DNA of 62,022 nt, counting the filler, from Chiloscyllium plagiosum (taxonomy: Eukaryota), in NCBI RefSeq assembly GCF_004010195.1. It is 4 parts of one record of this genome, joined end to end, with 100 filler letters (N's around TTAATTAATTAA, not from the genome) between each part and the next. Parts side by side here need not be neighbours in the genome. Positions count along the whole stretch, not along the records: positions 1 to 24,186 come from NC_057711.1; 3 more parts are not named here. The stretch is one strand, 5' to 3'. Position 1 is the stretch's first letter. Every line of letters begins with the position of its first letter. This document shows, one piece after another, positions 1 through 13,747 of the stretch. The notes under the pieces were generated by a model. The model did not search any database, was not told the DNA's origin, and was given only the letters and a program-made list of their open reading frames with translations. The translations under genes and the position numbers were made by a program.

Positions 1-400
1 GACTTATCAATCTTCAGACCTAACAGTCTCTCCAACACAAATCCTGCCAAATATAAATTCCCTTATGTTCAGGTCCTTCAGCCACTGTTACCTCAGGGAG
101 GTTGCTTGTGTCTTCCCAAGTGAACACAGATCTGAAGTACCCATTGAATTCTTCTGCCATTTCTTTGTTCCTAGTAATATATTCCCTTGTTTCTGTCTTC
201 AAGGGCCCAATTTTTGTCCTAACCATTTTTTTGCCTTGCACATACCTAAAAAAACTTTTACTATCCTCCTTAATATTCTTGGCCAGTTTACCTTCGTACC
301 TCATTTTTCCTCTGCGTATTTCCTTCTTAGTAATCCTCTGTTGCTCTTTAAAAGCTTCCCAGTCCTCAGTTTTCCCACTTATCTTAGCTATGTTATACTT
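1..400 (-). mobile_element. CR1 LINE ORF2 fragment (EN-RT linker)
   Basis: ORF 20..304 MRYEGKLAKNIKEDSKSFFRYV...EMAEEFNGYFRSVFT; near-identical to the + strand copy at ~47060-47465. Confidence 0.9.
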
Positions 401-1884
401 AGTAATGCACTCTGTCTCCTACCATTTTTGGTCTTGAGCAACTGATGTATTGAACATCATGTAGTAAAGCTTTGTTGCAACTTTGTTGTTACAGTGGTAA
501 TTACCTTTGACACCTTTGTGTCAGAAGGTATGTATTCAATTCCCATCTACTCATTTATATGATAACAAATCTGAATAGTTTGATTTAAAAAAAAATTGAG
601 AATTTGGTTAGAGTAGGATCTGTTTATAATCATCTTTGTCATATAAAATTACGTCATGTCCATGAAGAAGTTTAATTTTGATGTAAACATACGAAGCTTA
701 GATACTTGAAATATTTCTTTGAGTTACTTGTGCGTGACTTCAACATTTTGATTAAAAGTGCATAGGATTTTTTGTTCTGTACTTAAGATGTTTTCTATGA
801 CTTCCTATATGATGTCGCATGTTTTACTTTGCCTTTGAGATTCTAACCTTCATATTAATTAATAATACTTCTGAGTCTTTAGATGTCACCAGTTTAAAGC
901 TAACTTTCATTCAATACTGTACAGCTGAGGATGTTAATGCCAACATTAATACAACGCACCATAGATAATTGAAAAATAATGTTCTTCCAATGCCTGTTCA
1001 ACAAACCTTTAAAAGGCCACAAACCAAGTTATCAAGCATATAAAGTTATCATATACATATTCTACTGGTTTGAACTCAATTCCAATAAAAAGAACCATAT
1101 ATATTCATGTAAAAGTCGAATTGTTTAGATTATTTTTAAAGACTAATACACTGGCACTAGTTTTGAGGGGCTGAAATTCATGCTGCAGTTCGAGATACCG
1201 TATTATTGGCAGAAGTTGATTTGATCGCACCATTAATCCCAGGTAAAGATGAAAAACAATGAATTACGGTAAAAATAATTATTGGATAAAAGCAAGAGAA
1301 CCAGGAATGAATTACTGGTAGCAAGTTTTATTTATACATACCAGTAAGTGAATTTAACATGTCAAAGATTCATTGAAATCTTGCAAAATCACACTGTTCA
1401 ACACCATCATGGCCTGGAATAATGGCACACTTAAAATGAAACATTGACTACATTCTGAATGTATAAGCATTTTGAATTTTCCTGCCAAATCCTTCCGTTT
1501 CCCTCCCATTTACTCTTGTATGTTATGAACCTCAGCAACATTAACAAATTTGTTAAATAATTAAAGATATATGTAGCTAATATATCTCACTTTTATTCAG
1601 ATATAATGGCACAATTAAAATGATTAACTTTTTAACGAAATTAACTTTTGAATGTATAGTGAACAAAGTGTGATAAATACCGATAGACTTAGTACAGGTC
1701 TGAATGAATGAATTAGAATATGCTGTAGTAAACCAATTGGGCTAAGTAGTATTATGAATGAATGAATGAATAGAGATGCAACACAGTAAACAAAGAGCGG
1801 TGAGTAGAGTTGACGATATGAATGAATGAATGCGATTTCATTTAAATGGGTTAATGGAAACATGCAGTAAGAGGTTTGTAATGA

Positions 1885-1999
1885 GATATAGTCAGGTCGA
1901 CTTTTGCATGCGATAAATGGAAAATACAAGATCTTTTTAGCCAAAAATAAGAGGTTGACTTTTACATGAGATTGACTTTTACACGAGTATAAATGGTAA
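1885..1999. mobile_element. Probable terminus of a Tc1/mariner (Tc2/pogo-type) DNA transposon
   Basis: Three 'gactttt' subterminal repeats ending ...acacgagtataaatggTA, resembling the reverse complement of a CCGTATATACTCG-type TIR plus TA; the partner end was not found. Confidence 0.4.
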
Positions 2000-2204
2000 T
2001 AAATCACAAATTTGGCTAAGTAGCTAACACACCAAAGGACTAGTAATAGGCAGCTCCAAACAAAACTATAAATCAAGAAAAAGCAAACAGATGGTAAGGA
2101 GTCAATTAAATTATTCTTTTTGGAATTAAAAATATTTTTTGACTGCTGTCTGGTCATTGTAAAAGTCTAGTGGCGGAAAACAAAATCCAGAAACTGCTGG
2201 AAAA

Positions 2205-2778
2205 TATTAAAAGTCATACTGATTTAGAAGTGCTGCTGTATTTCTTTCCTCTTTAGAATGCAGAATAAATGTCTGCTTTCAAAAATTGTACTTTTACTTT
2301 CAGATAACAAAATTCAGTCATTCTTCCAACTTGGGAAAGAGGAAGAGAGAAACAAAGTAACATCCTCTGTTAAAACCAACCTATTTCACACTGCCATCAT
2401 ACCCCAACTGTTGAACTGCTCACAATCGTGTTCTACAAATCCTATTTGGGGAACAAACTGTATCACTGCAAAATTTTCCCTTGATGCCGTCTTAAATCTT
2501 GCACATATTGTGGGTGAGTGCTAGTCCTATTTATAGCAATAATAAGATGCCTGTTTCTACTGAGAGTGTGAGGAGTTTGACAGTTGGGCTATGATGACAG
2601 TATGAATTAGGCTGTCCTTCACAGATGATGTCATTTGTTTCTCTCTTCCTCTTTGCCAGCTGGAAGAATGGCTGAATTTTGGTATTTAAAAGTACACTTT
2701 TTGAAAGCAGACATCTGTTCAGCATTCTAAAAAGGAAAAAAAAAATAACAGCACATCTATATAGGTATGAATCTTATT
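2205..2778. repeat. Long imperfect inverted repeat (foldback/MITE-like)
   Basis: Arms ~2205-2428 and ~2562-2778 are reverse complements (ggaagagagaaacaaa / tttgtttctctcttcc); mirror ORFs 2258..2524 (+) and 2531..2725 (-) share residues. Confidence 0.85.
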
Positions 2779-2839
2779 ATTGAAAGTATTAACTTCATTT
2801 TTGGAAATCTATTAAGAAAGTTAATTCAAAACTTGCTGC

Positions 2840-3925
2840 AAATTTTCAGGTACTGATGAATCAGTGGAACTCGACAAAATCATATCCCTGTTTTGGAAAA
2901 AATTGACATGCAAAAATATGGCTTAATAAAAGAAAGCCAGCATAGACTTCCAAAAAAAGCATTTTATGTAGTACTGCATTACAGATATATGGAAAAAACA
3001 AATTGAAAAGAACATTGCACAATTCTGCAAAGTTTATTGGAAGTCTGGGAAATTGGACAGATTTTAAGGACTAATGAAGAATGACTAAAAATAGAGGCAA
3101 ATCGAAGACGAAGGAAAGCTGGCTAGCTGACAGTAAGTTTCTACAAGCATTTAAAATCAGAAAGGAGTAACTATAACTAGTGTTGGTCTTGTCAAGAGTG
3201 AATCAGAGGAATTGATAATGGAAAACCAGGAGATAGCAGACGTTTTGAACAGATATTTTGTCTGTCTTCTCCATAGAAAACTTAGAGCCTTTCCCATAGA
3301 CAGTTGAAAATCAATTGGTGAAAGGGCAGGAAGAGTTTAAAATAATTGTTATAACCAGGGAAAAGGGACTTGAAAAACTAAATTTTGACAACCTCCTAGG
3401 TTTGAATGGCAGCCTTTCTGGGGACTGAAAAGACTGGTTGCAGAGATTGCTTATAATCTTTCAAACTTCTTTAGACTTGGGAGATCGCAGAATAGGTAAT
3501 GTAACTCCATTATTAAAGAAAGGAGGCTAAAGCAGGAAAACTACTGTCGTAGGGAAATTATTAAAATCCATTATTGAGGAGATTGTAACGAAATACTTAT
3601 GAAATTATATAAGATTTGTCTTATAATTCTGAAGGGAGGAATTCACTGTAAATCAAACCCTACTACTCCAGGATCCATATTAAAACGATAACTGTTCTAT
3701 TTAATCACTGAAATAGTTAGTTTGTTTCTCATTAACACTGTTGTCCAGAACAAAAGTTGTTTTCTTTCAAAAGGTGATTAATCTGTGGAATTATCTTTCC
3801 TAGGTAATTGTGGTAAGGATAATAGCTAGCAAAGTAGAGCTGAAGTCAAGATCAGATAAACCAAAATCTTTTTCAATAGTAGAGTAGGTTCAAAGGACCA
3901 AACAGCATACTTTAACTCCTGAGTC
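2840..3925 (+). mobile_element. Old, highly decayed CR1 LINE fragments
   Basis: Remnants of EIADVLNRYFV (3230-3262) and VTPLLKKGG (3500-3527) motifs; CR1 3' end remnant at 3760-3925. Confidence 0.65.
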
Positions 3926-4189
3926 CTATTTCTTAATAATTGATTGAGTGACTGGGAAAAGGAATGGACAGGCTGCCCGAAATAATTGATTTATGGTGAA
4001 CTTCAATAAAGTGGCCAGAAAGTAAAAGCATGCTGGGAAATGGAAGCCAGCCTTGACTAAAGTGACAGTGTCAATCCACACACTGCAGAAACCAAATAGG
4101 CTGCAGCTGCCCACAGACAGTTTGCAGACAAATTTGATAGCTGCAGGCTCTGCAATACACACTCGAATTTGGATTTGAATAGGACAATG

Positions 4190-4642
4190 GAATGTCGCCC
4201 TCGGGTCAATTGGGAGCATCGCGTCATTTGCCAGACACAGAGGCACCTAGCACCCTTAGTTGGAGGATGCTACATGCACAAGGCACCTACCATACTAGAC
4301 ACCTGAGAGCTACCATGCTATCAACATGCCAAACCCTGGTTGGGTCTGATCAATCAGGGTAATCGAACCTGGTCAATCCATTGGCAGATCCTCAAGATCC
4401 TCCCAAAAAGGTGCGTAGACTTTGAAGGATAAGAATCACCTCAAAATCCCACTGAAAGACAAGGCACCCCTGAGATCCTCGGCAGAAGACCAGACCAGTT
4501 CTATTGTGGTGATCATACAAAGTTAAGTTAAAGCATAAGATATTTGTACTGTTTTTCATTCGTTTATAGCATACCTCATTGTTCTAACATTAATTGTGTC
4601 AAATAAACGAGTATTATTATTGAGTCAACCCACTGTTCTTTT
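4190..4642 (+). mobile_element. Possible LTR fragment
   Basis: TGTCG start, C/A-rich body and AATAAA near 4602; truncated by a SINE; no CA end or TSD seen. Confidence 0.3.
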
Positions 4643-4954
4643 TTTTAGATTCCCGACAGTGTGGAAACAGGCCCTTCGGCCCAACTCGCCCACACCGATC
4701 CTCCGAAGAGTAACCCACCCAGCCTCATTCCCCCTAACTATTGCACCTAACTCCATGGGTAATTTAGCATGGCCAATTCACCTAATCTGCACATCTTTGG
4801 ACTGTGGGAGGAAACCGAAGCACCCAGAGGAAACCCACGCACAAACAGAGAGAATGTGCAAACTCCACACAGACAGTCGCCTGAGGCTGGAATCAAACCC
4901 AGGTCCCTAGCGCTGTGAGGCAGCAGTGCTAACCACTGAGCCACCATGCCGCCC
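4643..4954 (-). mobile_element. HE1-type tRNA-derived V-SINE
   Basis: Minus-strand head GGGCGGCATGGTGGCTCAGTGGTTAGCACT with A/B boxes, V-domain and CR1-like tail. Confidence 0.93.
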
Positions 4955-4959
4955 CATTA

Positions 4960-6510
4960 TTGAGGGGGCAGGTCATGCCTCACAAGCCTTGAAGATGTGA
5001 CAAAACACATTGAGGAAGGTAGAGCAGTGGATGTGGTGTATATGGATTTTTGCAACATGTTTGATAAGGTTCCCCATGATAGGCTCATTCAGAGAGTAAA
5101 AAGGCATGGGATGCAGGGAAATCTGGCTGCATGGTTACAGAATTGGCTGACCTATAGAAGGCAGTGGGTGGTAGTAGATGGAAAGTATTCAGACTAGAAC
5201 TTGGTGACCAGTGTTGATCCAGGGCAATCTGTTCTTGGATCTCTATTCTTTGTGATTTTTATAAATGACTTGGAAGATGAGGTGGAAGAGTGGGTTAGTA
5301 AGTTTGCAGATGACATGAAGGCTGGTGGAGTTGTGGATAGTGTGGAAGGCTGTTGTAGGTTGCAATGGGACATTGACAGGATGCAGAGCTGGGCTGAGCT
5401 GTGACAAATGGAGTTCCACCTGGGTAAATGTGAAGTGACTAATTCCAGAAGGTTGAATCTGAATGCAGATTACAGGCAGGATTCTTGGCCATGTGGAGGA
5501 ACAGAGTGATCTTGGGGTCCATGTCCATAGATCACTCAAAGTTGCCACCCAAGTTGATAGGATTGTTAAGAAGGTATTCAGTGTTTAGATTACATTAAGT
5601 TCCCTACACTATGGAAACAGGCCATTTGGCCCAACAAGTTAACACCGACCCTCTGAAGTGCAGCCCACCTAGAACCATTCCCCCACCCCATATTTACCCC
5701 TGACCAATGCACCTAAATGGGCATTTACCATGGCCAATTCGCCTGACCTGCATACCATTGGATTGGGGGAGCACCAGGAGGAAACCCATGCAGGCACGAG
5801 GGGAATGTGCAAACTCCACACAGACAGTCACCTGAGGCAAGAATTGAACCCGGGTCCCTGGCACTGTGAGGCATCAGTGCTAAGCACTGAGCCACCATGC
5901 TGCCCAGGAAGATTGAGTTTAAGAGCTGTGAGGCTATGCTGCAGCTTTATAAAGCCCTGGTGAGACCACATTTGGTATATTGTGTTCTATTCTGGTTGCC
6001 TCCTTATGTGAATGATGTGGAAGCTTTAGGGAGGGTGCAGAGGAGATTTACTGGGATGCTGCCTGGACTGGAGGACATGTCTTATGAAGAAACGTTGAGG
6101 GAGCTAGGGCTTTTCTCATTGGAGCGAAGAAGGATGAGAGGTGACTTGATGGAGGTGTACAAGATGATGAGAGGTGTATATAGAATAGATAGCCAGAGAC
6201 TTTTTCCCAGGGTGGGAATGCTATCAGGAGGGGTCATAATTTTAAGGTAATTGGAGGAAGGTTTAGGAGAGATGTCAGAGTTGGTTCTTTACAGAGATGG
6301 TGGAGGGTGCGTAGAATACACTGCTAGTGGTGGTAGTAGAGGTCAGATACATTAGGGACATTTAAGTGACTCTTCTATATGCACATGGATGATAATAAAA
6401 TGTAAGGTATGGAGGTTAGTTTGATCTTAGAGTAGGATAAAAGGTTGGCATAACATCAAAGGCCAAAGGGCCTGTACTATGCTGTACTGTTCTATGCTCT
6501 ATATTCTATA
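4960..6510 (+). mobile_element. CR1 LINE 3' part (RT and 3'UTR), interrupted by a SINE
   Basis: VDVVYMDF..FDKVPH, SKFADD, LYKALVRPHL and LFSLERRRMRGDL motifs; tandem ttctat-type tail at ~6490-6510. Confidence 0.92.
5585..5905 (-). mobile_element. HE1-type SINE nested in CR1
   Basis: Same head, V-domain and tail as 4643-4954. Confidence 0.9.
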
Positions 6511-6539
6511 AGAATTTAAACTGTGTGGCAGGCACAACA

Positions 6540-7385
6540 TTGGATAGTGGTCAGTGGATGGTTTTTCATGCTGGAGGAAGGTTTGTAATGGGGTATGTCA
6601 GTGATTAATGTTGGGATCCTTGCTTTTCCTGATATATTAATGACCTGGACTTGATTCATTTTGGAAGAAAGAACAAGGAGTGATAATATAAACTAAAGGG
6701 TACCTCTGAAATGGGGTTACAGAAGTACAGAGACCAATATGAATATGATTTAAGACATTGGTGGCAGGACAGGTTGAGAGTAATGAAAAAAGTGTACAGT
6801 TTTCTAAACTTTATGAATAGAGCGTAGAGTACAAGAGTGTAGAGTACAAGAATGTATTGTGTTCAGTTCTGGGCACCACATTTTAGGAAAGATCTGAAGG
6901 TAATGGCGGGGATGCAGAAAAAAAATCACAAAAATGTTTCATGGAATGAGAAACTTTAGTTATAAAGACAAATTAGAGAAGTTAGGATTATTTTCCGTGG
7001 ATAAAAGGAGTTTGAGAGAAGATTTAATAGAGATATTCAGGATCACAGGTTACCTGGGCAGAGTAGATATCACGAAAATGCTCCCACATCTGAAACAATT
7101 ATATATGAGAGGGCAACGATTTAAATTAATTGGCGAAAGAAGCAAAAGCAATATGACAAAGTAAGCCTTTTTATGCAGCTCAGCAGGTGGTTAATATTTG
7201 GAATGCACTGTCTGACATTGTGGTGCTAATTGAGGCATTCAATAGGGAATTAGACAAAAGAAAGAATGTGCAAGGGTATTGGGAGAAGACAAACAAATGG
7301 GACTCGGTGAGTTGTTCATTCAGAGAGCTGGCACAGATACAATTTGCTGATTGGCCTCTTTTTGCACTTTAATAATTCTGTGATT
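6540..7385 (+). mobile_element. Old CR1 LINE 3' fragments
   Basis: CVQFWAPHFRKD, SYKDKLEKLGLFS..LREDLIEIFRI and VVNIWNAL motifs. Confidence 0.8.
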
Positions 7386-7494
7386 GTTCAGGGTTTCACC
7401 AATTGCCATTAGAGAATAACTTGCATCCAAGGTATGTAACTTTGTCATTTGAAAAGCTAATATTTTCTTTTTATCTCTGCTATTCAAGGGCTTT

Positions 7495-8382
7495 TGTGAT
7501 TTAAGATATATTAAATTTATATATATATATATATATATATATAAATATATTGCTTTTATATTAGAGTTTGGATTTTTTAACTCAGGATATGTGTGTTCTG
7601 GTCTTTGTGTATGAAGGGATTTTAAAATTAACTTGTCAGTTTTTCTGGGACCATAATTTTTAAACCAATATGCGAGAGAGCAGCTCCTGGAGTGATAATG
7701 GGAGTCTGTCTATGCTGTGAGTGTTTTACTATTGAAGAGATTAGATATTGACATAAATTAACTTGCTTTTGCTTTAGCAGAAACAAAAAGTGATTATTTT
7801 TGTTTTGCTTATGGGAAAATCCCATGGTTTGGAAAGCTTTTGGTTTCAGTTTTCTGAAGGCGTGGCTGAGGTTAGATGCAAGAACAATGTTTTCTGGAGA
7901 AAACAATTAGTTTGGTTTGGAAATGGATTACCTCAGCAGAGTTTTAGTTTCAAAATTATTTTGGTTAGAAATTGAATAGGTTATTTAAATCTAAGAAAGT
8001 TTAGGTGCAGTTCTATGACTAAATAAAGAAAAGGTTATCAAGCTCTGAAGACTAGGAATTGAAAAACCAGTTACATCAAACCTGTAGATATGCTAAAAGA
8101 AGGGAACAGTGCCTGGTATTTGAGTCCTGTTATTTCATTACACTAGAATATGTGGGATTTTATTTTACACAGTGCTTTGAAATCTTTCAATTCATATTCT
8201 GCAGATTGGTGTGTTCTGTTATATCTTCATATTTTTAAAACAAAATCTTCAGCTTTGTGTGTTTGTGTTTCAGCAAATGCCCACCACGTTAAATAAAAAA
8301 GGATACAAAATATGATCAATGAAATGAGATTTCAGTCTGGAATCCAACTTGTCCAGTAGTGACATCATTTGGGATCATAACA
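7495..8382. mobile_element. Solo LTR (Gypsy-like) containing a (TA)n tract
   Basis: TGTGAT...ATAACA termini with a 4-bp TSD CTTT (7491-7494 / 8383-8386); (TA)n at ~7518-7548. Confidence 0.65.
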
Positions 8383-8689
8383 CTTTTACATATATGTTTG
8401 TATGTTTGGAAAGAAAACTACTGGTGAAATTAACAACAATGCAGTGTGGGAGGAAGCAGGAAGATAAAAGATTAAAAGAGAACTTTAAATAATTTGTTCG
8501 AGCTGTTGATTTACTTCTCAGTTTTAATGTGTCTATTGTTCCATTAATTAACTGGTACCTCTAGTCCCTGTAATTTACTTTTTGTAATGCCCACTAATAT
8601 TATTTCAATGCTTTTGCTCTATTAAGTTATTGATTTGTTGATATGCTCACCAAATTCAAGAATTTTTGATGTCCCTTGTTCCATAAATT

Positions 8690-8885
8690 TATTCTATTTG
8701 TGAGTGTGTCTGTTCATCTACTCTTAGCATTCACCTGTGCCTGTGTTTTTGTTTTTGCTGTTGGTTATCTATTATTTACTTATCTAAGCTATTTAACTCT
8801 TGTGATCTGCCTGTATTGCTTGCAAGGCAAAGCTTTTCACTGTGCCTCGGTACACAAGACAATAAATTCAATTCAATTTAATTAA
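8690..8885 (+). mobile_element. Rex1/Babar-type LINE 3' tail
   Basis: gatctgcctgta...ttttcactgt...acaataaattcaattcaa, homologous to the tail at 11940-12020. Confidence 0.7.
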
Positions 8886-9127
8886 TGCATGTGTGCCCGC
8901 TGTTTAATTCATTTATTGGTTTATTGATGTGATCACTGTAGTGTAATTGACAGGAAGTATTTAAAATAGTTATCCTAAAGTAAGCTGCTGACTGTTTATC
9001 ATGTGCAGGACTTTGTACGATTGGGTAAATGCCAACCTTACAAGTAGTAGGTAGACTTGGATAAGCAGATATACCAACAAATCACCAAGAAATCAATAAA
9101 TTAATAAGATTGGTGAGAGAATACAAT

Positions 9128-9402
9128 AGATTAGATTAGATCACTTACAGTGTGGAAACAGGCCCTTCGGTCAAAAAGTCCAAATGGACCCTCCGAAGAG
9201 CAAACCACCCAGACCCATTCCCCTACATTTACCTAACACTACAGGCAATTTAGCCTGGCCAATTCAGCTAACCTGCACATCTTTGGGCTGTGGGAGGAAA
9301 CCCACGCAGATGTGCAAACTTGACACAGACAGTTGCCCAAGGCAGGAATTGAACCCAGATCTCTGGCACTCTGAGGCAGCAGTGCTAACCACTGTGCCAC
9401 CC
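9128..9402 (-). mobile_element. HE1-type SINE
   Basis: (ATTAG)n tail on the + reading, V-domain, 5'-shortened tRNA head. Confidence 0.9.
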
Positions 9403-9495
9403 TAATAGAATAGGAGCTAGTAGTTCCATCTACACCAGTATGAATACACAATGCTGCAGAGGATAGACTTCAGCCCACAGCCATGAAAGGTTTTT

Positions 9496-9665
9496 TTTAG
9501 ATTAGATTAGATTACTTACAGTATGGAAACAGGCCCTTCGGCCCAACAAGTCCACACCGCCCCGCCGAAGCGCAACCCACTCATACCCCTACATCTACCC
9601 CTTACCCAACACTACGGGCAATTTAGCACGGCCAATTCACCTAACCTGCACATCTTTAGACTGCA
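9496..9665 (-). mobile_element. HE1-type SINE, 3' half
   Basis: (ATTAG)n tail plus ggaaacaggcccttcggccc...cctgcacatcttt. Confidence 0.88.
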
Positions 9666-9704
9666 CTGACAGAATTTCTTTCCTCTTAATCTCTCAAATG
9701 ATAA

Positions 9705-9880
9705 ATTTAATGTTGATCCCGCTGTCTGTGCACCGTCTCTGTGGCTGTAACATTGGGTGCTTCGCTCTTTTCTATTACCCTAATGCACTTTGTATGGTAT
9801 GATCTGCCTGTACTGCTTGCTAAAACACACCTTTTTGCTGTGCTCAGGTACATGTGACAATAACAAATCAAATCAAATTG
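9705..9880 (+). mobile_element. Rex1/Babar-type LINE 3' tail
   Basis: tatgatctgcctgtactgc...catgtgacaataacaaatcaaatcaaa. Confidence 0.75.
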
Positions 9881-10069
9881 AAACAAATCTTTGGTTTTGG
9901 CAGAGATAAGAGCACCTTTTCTCAAGTACAGTATTTTACCAATGTATTGAACAAGGAAGAATAATATTGGCTACATGTTGATGATAATGTTGACTTGTTT
10001 CCTTTCAACCATTTTACACACTTCTTCATCTCGACCATTTTCAAAAATTCAGCAGACAAAAATTCTAGC

Positions 10070-12020
10070 TGAAAAGGCCACTACCTCGATGGATTTCGTG
10101 AGCAAGTGGATAGAGTATTACGCACCAAGGAGGTCAACTTACATATTCCCCAACCAGAAACCTTGGATGAATCGGGAAATCCATTGACCAGTGATGACCA
10201 GGCATGCTTATTCAAGCTGGATGACCCAGAGCTTGACAGGAAATCCAGATATGACTTCCATAATGCCATTAGAAACGCCAAGAGTCTGTACTGGACGATG
10301 CTAGAGGCCCAAACTAACCACGTAGATAACCACAGCCTGTAGCAAGGCCTACATGACATAATGGGCTACAAAATAGAGCAGAACAAAATAGCAGAGAAAA
10401 ACACGTCCCTCCCTAATGCACTCAATGCTTTTTATGCGTAGTGTCACCTGCCCGATAGACCTGGACGCACCTGTTGCCTCAGTAACTACTACAGATGTCA
10501 GATCGACCTTCTTGAGAGTAAACCTGAGGAAAGCGACTGGCCCCAGTCATGCACTCCGATCCTGTGTGGACCAGCTGGCAGAAGTTTTCACTGACATTTT
10601 TAACCTCTTCTTGCTACAAACTGAAGTCCCCACCTACTTCAAGAAGACCACCATCATCCCAGTACCAAAGGAAACACATGTAATGTACCTAAATGACCAC
10701 TGCCTGATGGCTCTGATCCCATAATTATGAAATGCTTCAGAAATTGGTCACGGCCCACATCAACTCTATCTTCTCAGCCTGTCTCAATTCCCTTCAATTT
10801 GCCTACTGGAGAAACACATCCACAGTGAATGCCATTTCCCTAGCCCTACAGCATCTGGATAATAAAGATACCTACGTCAGCCTCCTATGTATTGATTACA
10901 ACTGTGCCTTCAACATTATAATCCCAACCAAATTAATCTCTAAACTCCAAGACCTAGGTCCCAGCTCCACCCTCTGCAACTGGATCCTCCATTCCCTGAC
11001 CCACAGACAACAGCAATCAGTGAAGATAGACACTATCACCTCCTCCAGGATAATCTTCAACACCAGTGCCACACAAGGGTGCGTACGCAGCCCCTTACTG
11101 TATGCTGGTATACTCACTACTATTTGGCCACATTTCATACGAACACCATCTACATGTCTGCTGATGACACCAGCTTTGTAGGCCTGATATCAAACAAAGA
11201 TGAATTAGAATACAGGAAGGACAAAGAGTGCTTAGTGTCCTAGCGCAATGATAACAATCTCTTACTCAATGCCAGCAAAACCAAAGCAATCATCATTGAC
11301 TTCAGGAAGAAAGAGGGAGAACATGTCTTTATTTACATCAACTGAAGTGGAGAGGGTTGAGAGCATCAAGTTCCCAGAAATGATGATAACCAACGACCTG
11401 TCCTGGACATCCCATGAAGATGTGATGGTCAAGAAGTCGCAACAAAGCCTCTTCTACCTCAGCATGCTTTGGCAATTTGGTATTTCCATAAGGACCCTCA
11501 CCAATCTTCACAGATGTTCCAAAGAAAGCATTCCATCTGGGTGCATAATAGCATGGTACGGCAACTACTCTGCTCAGAACTGGAAGAAACTACAGAAAGT
11601 TGTGTACACAGCCCAGACCCATTACAAAAGCCAATCTACCATCCACGGACTCCAACTACACTTTCTATTGTCACAGAATGGCTGCCAACATCATCAAAAA
11701 CCCCTTTCGCCCCGGTAATAAACTCTTCAAACCTCTTCCATCAGTCAGACGAAACAGCAGCTTGAACCCACATACAAAATATTAAAGAACAGCTTCTTCC
11801 TTGCGATTACTTGCTGCTGAATGGACTTCTCTAGTTTCAAATCTAATGCTGAACTTGCTTTTGTGCACTTCCTGTGCAGCCATAACCTTAAATGCCTCAC
11901 TCTGTTGAAACATCCTATGATCCATCTGTCCTTGTATCTTATGATCTGCCTGTAATGTGTGCAAAACAAAACTTTTCACTGTATTTAGATGCATGTAACA
12001 ACAATAAATCAAATCAAAAT
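10070..12020 (+). mobile_element. Rex1/Babar LINE, 5'-truncated, frameshifted RT
   Basis: FPNQKPWMN, RSCVDQLAEVFTDIFNL, QFAYWRNTSTVNAI and QGCVRSPLLY motifs, an ADD motif, and an (AAATC)n tail. Confidence 0.9.
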
Positions 12021-12751
12021 CTGTTGGTAATTGTTGTATTTTGGAAAACAAAAGGAAAAAAATCAAATATCTATTTTAATTGCTGGACAGCATGTAGAGA
12101 TTTAATTTACTGTATGACCATGACTGCACCCATCTTCCATGAACAGAAAAAGTAACTTTTAGTGTAAATTATTGAAATAAAAGGGATGATTTTATGGAAT
12201 GCACAAAGCAGAAAATCTGGCGTGTAAGGTGACTTAATTGAGCAGATAGGAATTTTCAATTTCAATTTCTTGATGGTGATTGAGATGCAGACTCTGCAGT
12301 ACATGCATTAGAGGATGCCAAATATAGTGGTGGTCTCCTGCACACTCTTGTGGTGCAACACTGACTTGCCTCCAAATTCAAATGAGCCTTTCTTTCATGG
12401 CGGGGCCATAGACAGACATTAAAAGAATGCCAGGGACAACGTGATTTATACTTTGTTCACATACCAATTATGCTTCTGCCTAACAATTGCTCCATCATCA
12501 GACCTCTATTAGCTTCCTGGGGTGTAGCCACCATCTTCCCTTGCTGAGTAAACTTTAAACATGTACCTACATCTACCTGGAGTAGAATGGGGAGTATGTG
12601 ATAAAGACATCTTAGTGGTACATAGATACCCATGAAACAGCCTGTCTTGTTCAATTATTCTGACACAGTCCCATCTTTCAGGTACTTTGATTGCAACTGC
12701 ATCTGCCTCACTTACTAGATGCTGAGATCAAAGTGGTCCATCTTCTTAAAA

Positions 12752-12905
12752 TTCATTCGTGGGATATGATTATTATCAGCTGGGCCAACATTTTTTGACC
12801 ATCCCTAGTATCCCTTGGGAAGGTTGTGATGAGCTGCCTTCTTGGAGTCCTGCAGTCCATTTGCTGTTAATAGATCCACAATGCTATTAGGAAGGAATTT
12901 CAGAA
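12752..12905 (-). mobile_element. 3' end of a LINE sharing its tail with the SacSINE1-like SINE
   Basis: Reverse complement resembles the 31030-31090 tail (agggatgg...aaatgttggcc...atcccacgaatgaat). Confidence 0.55.
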
Positions 12906-13747
12906 ATACAAGAAAGTGTACAATGGGGAGTGGGGTGGGGAACCTGTACCTGCATTCTCGGGTTTGTTCTATGGAATGAACATCATAGAAGCAACAATTT
13001 ACATGAACATAAATTTTTGTGCAGATTTTGTTGAAACATTTCGTTCAGGAATAATATACATCCCTATCTTGCCTTAAGGCCTGTGAAAGACACTTAGCAA
13101 GCCTCAAGAAGTCTCAAACGTATAGTCATAGAGTCATAGAGTGACAGCATGGATACAGACCCTGTGGTTCAACTCATCTGTGCCAACCAGATGTCCCAAT
13201 CTGACCTAGTCTCATTTGCCAGAATTTGGCTCATATCCCTCTATCCATATACCCATCTGGATGCCTTTTAAATGTTGATATGGCACTCACCTCCATCACT
13301 TCCTCTGGCAGCTCCTTATATATGCGCACCACCCTCTGTGTGAAAAATTTACCCCTCAGGTCCTTCTTAAATCTTTCCCTTCTCACCTGAAACCTACACC
13401 CTCTAGTTTAGGACTCACCCACTCTAGGAATAAAAGAACCTTGACTATTCAACTGATTCATGCCCCTCATGATTTTAAACATCTCTGTAAGGTCACCCTC
13501 AACTTCTGATGCTCTGGGAAAATAACTTCAACCTATTCAGCTTTCCCTAATAACTCAAACCCTCCAGTCGTGGCAACATACTTGCAAATATTGTCTGCAA
13601 TCTCTCAAGTTTAATAACATTTTTCCCATAGAAGGGTGACAAGAATTATATGCAATATTCTAAAAGTAGCCTCATCACTGTCCCGTACAGATACAACCTT
13701 TCGTCTTAACTCCGAAAGTCAGTGTTCTGACCAATGAAGGTAAACAG

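Noticed and set aside
1160..1350. Possible host exon (AEIHAAVRDTVLLAEVDLIAPLIP followed by gtaaag; gtaagt at 1344)
   Set aside because: Weak acceptor, an upstream in-frame stop and no recognisable protein similarity.
1624..2157. 177-aa minus-strand ORF
   Set aside because: Low-complexity by-product of (GAAT)n tracts and a transposon end.
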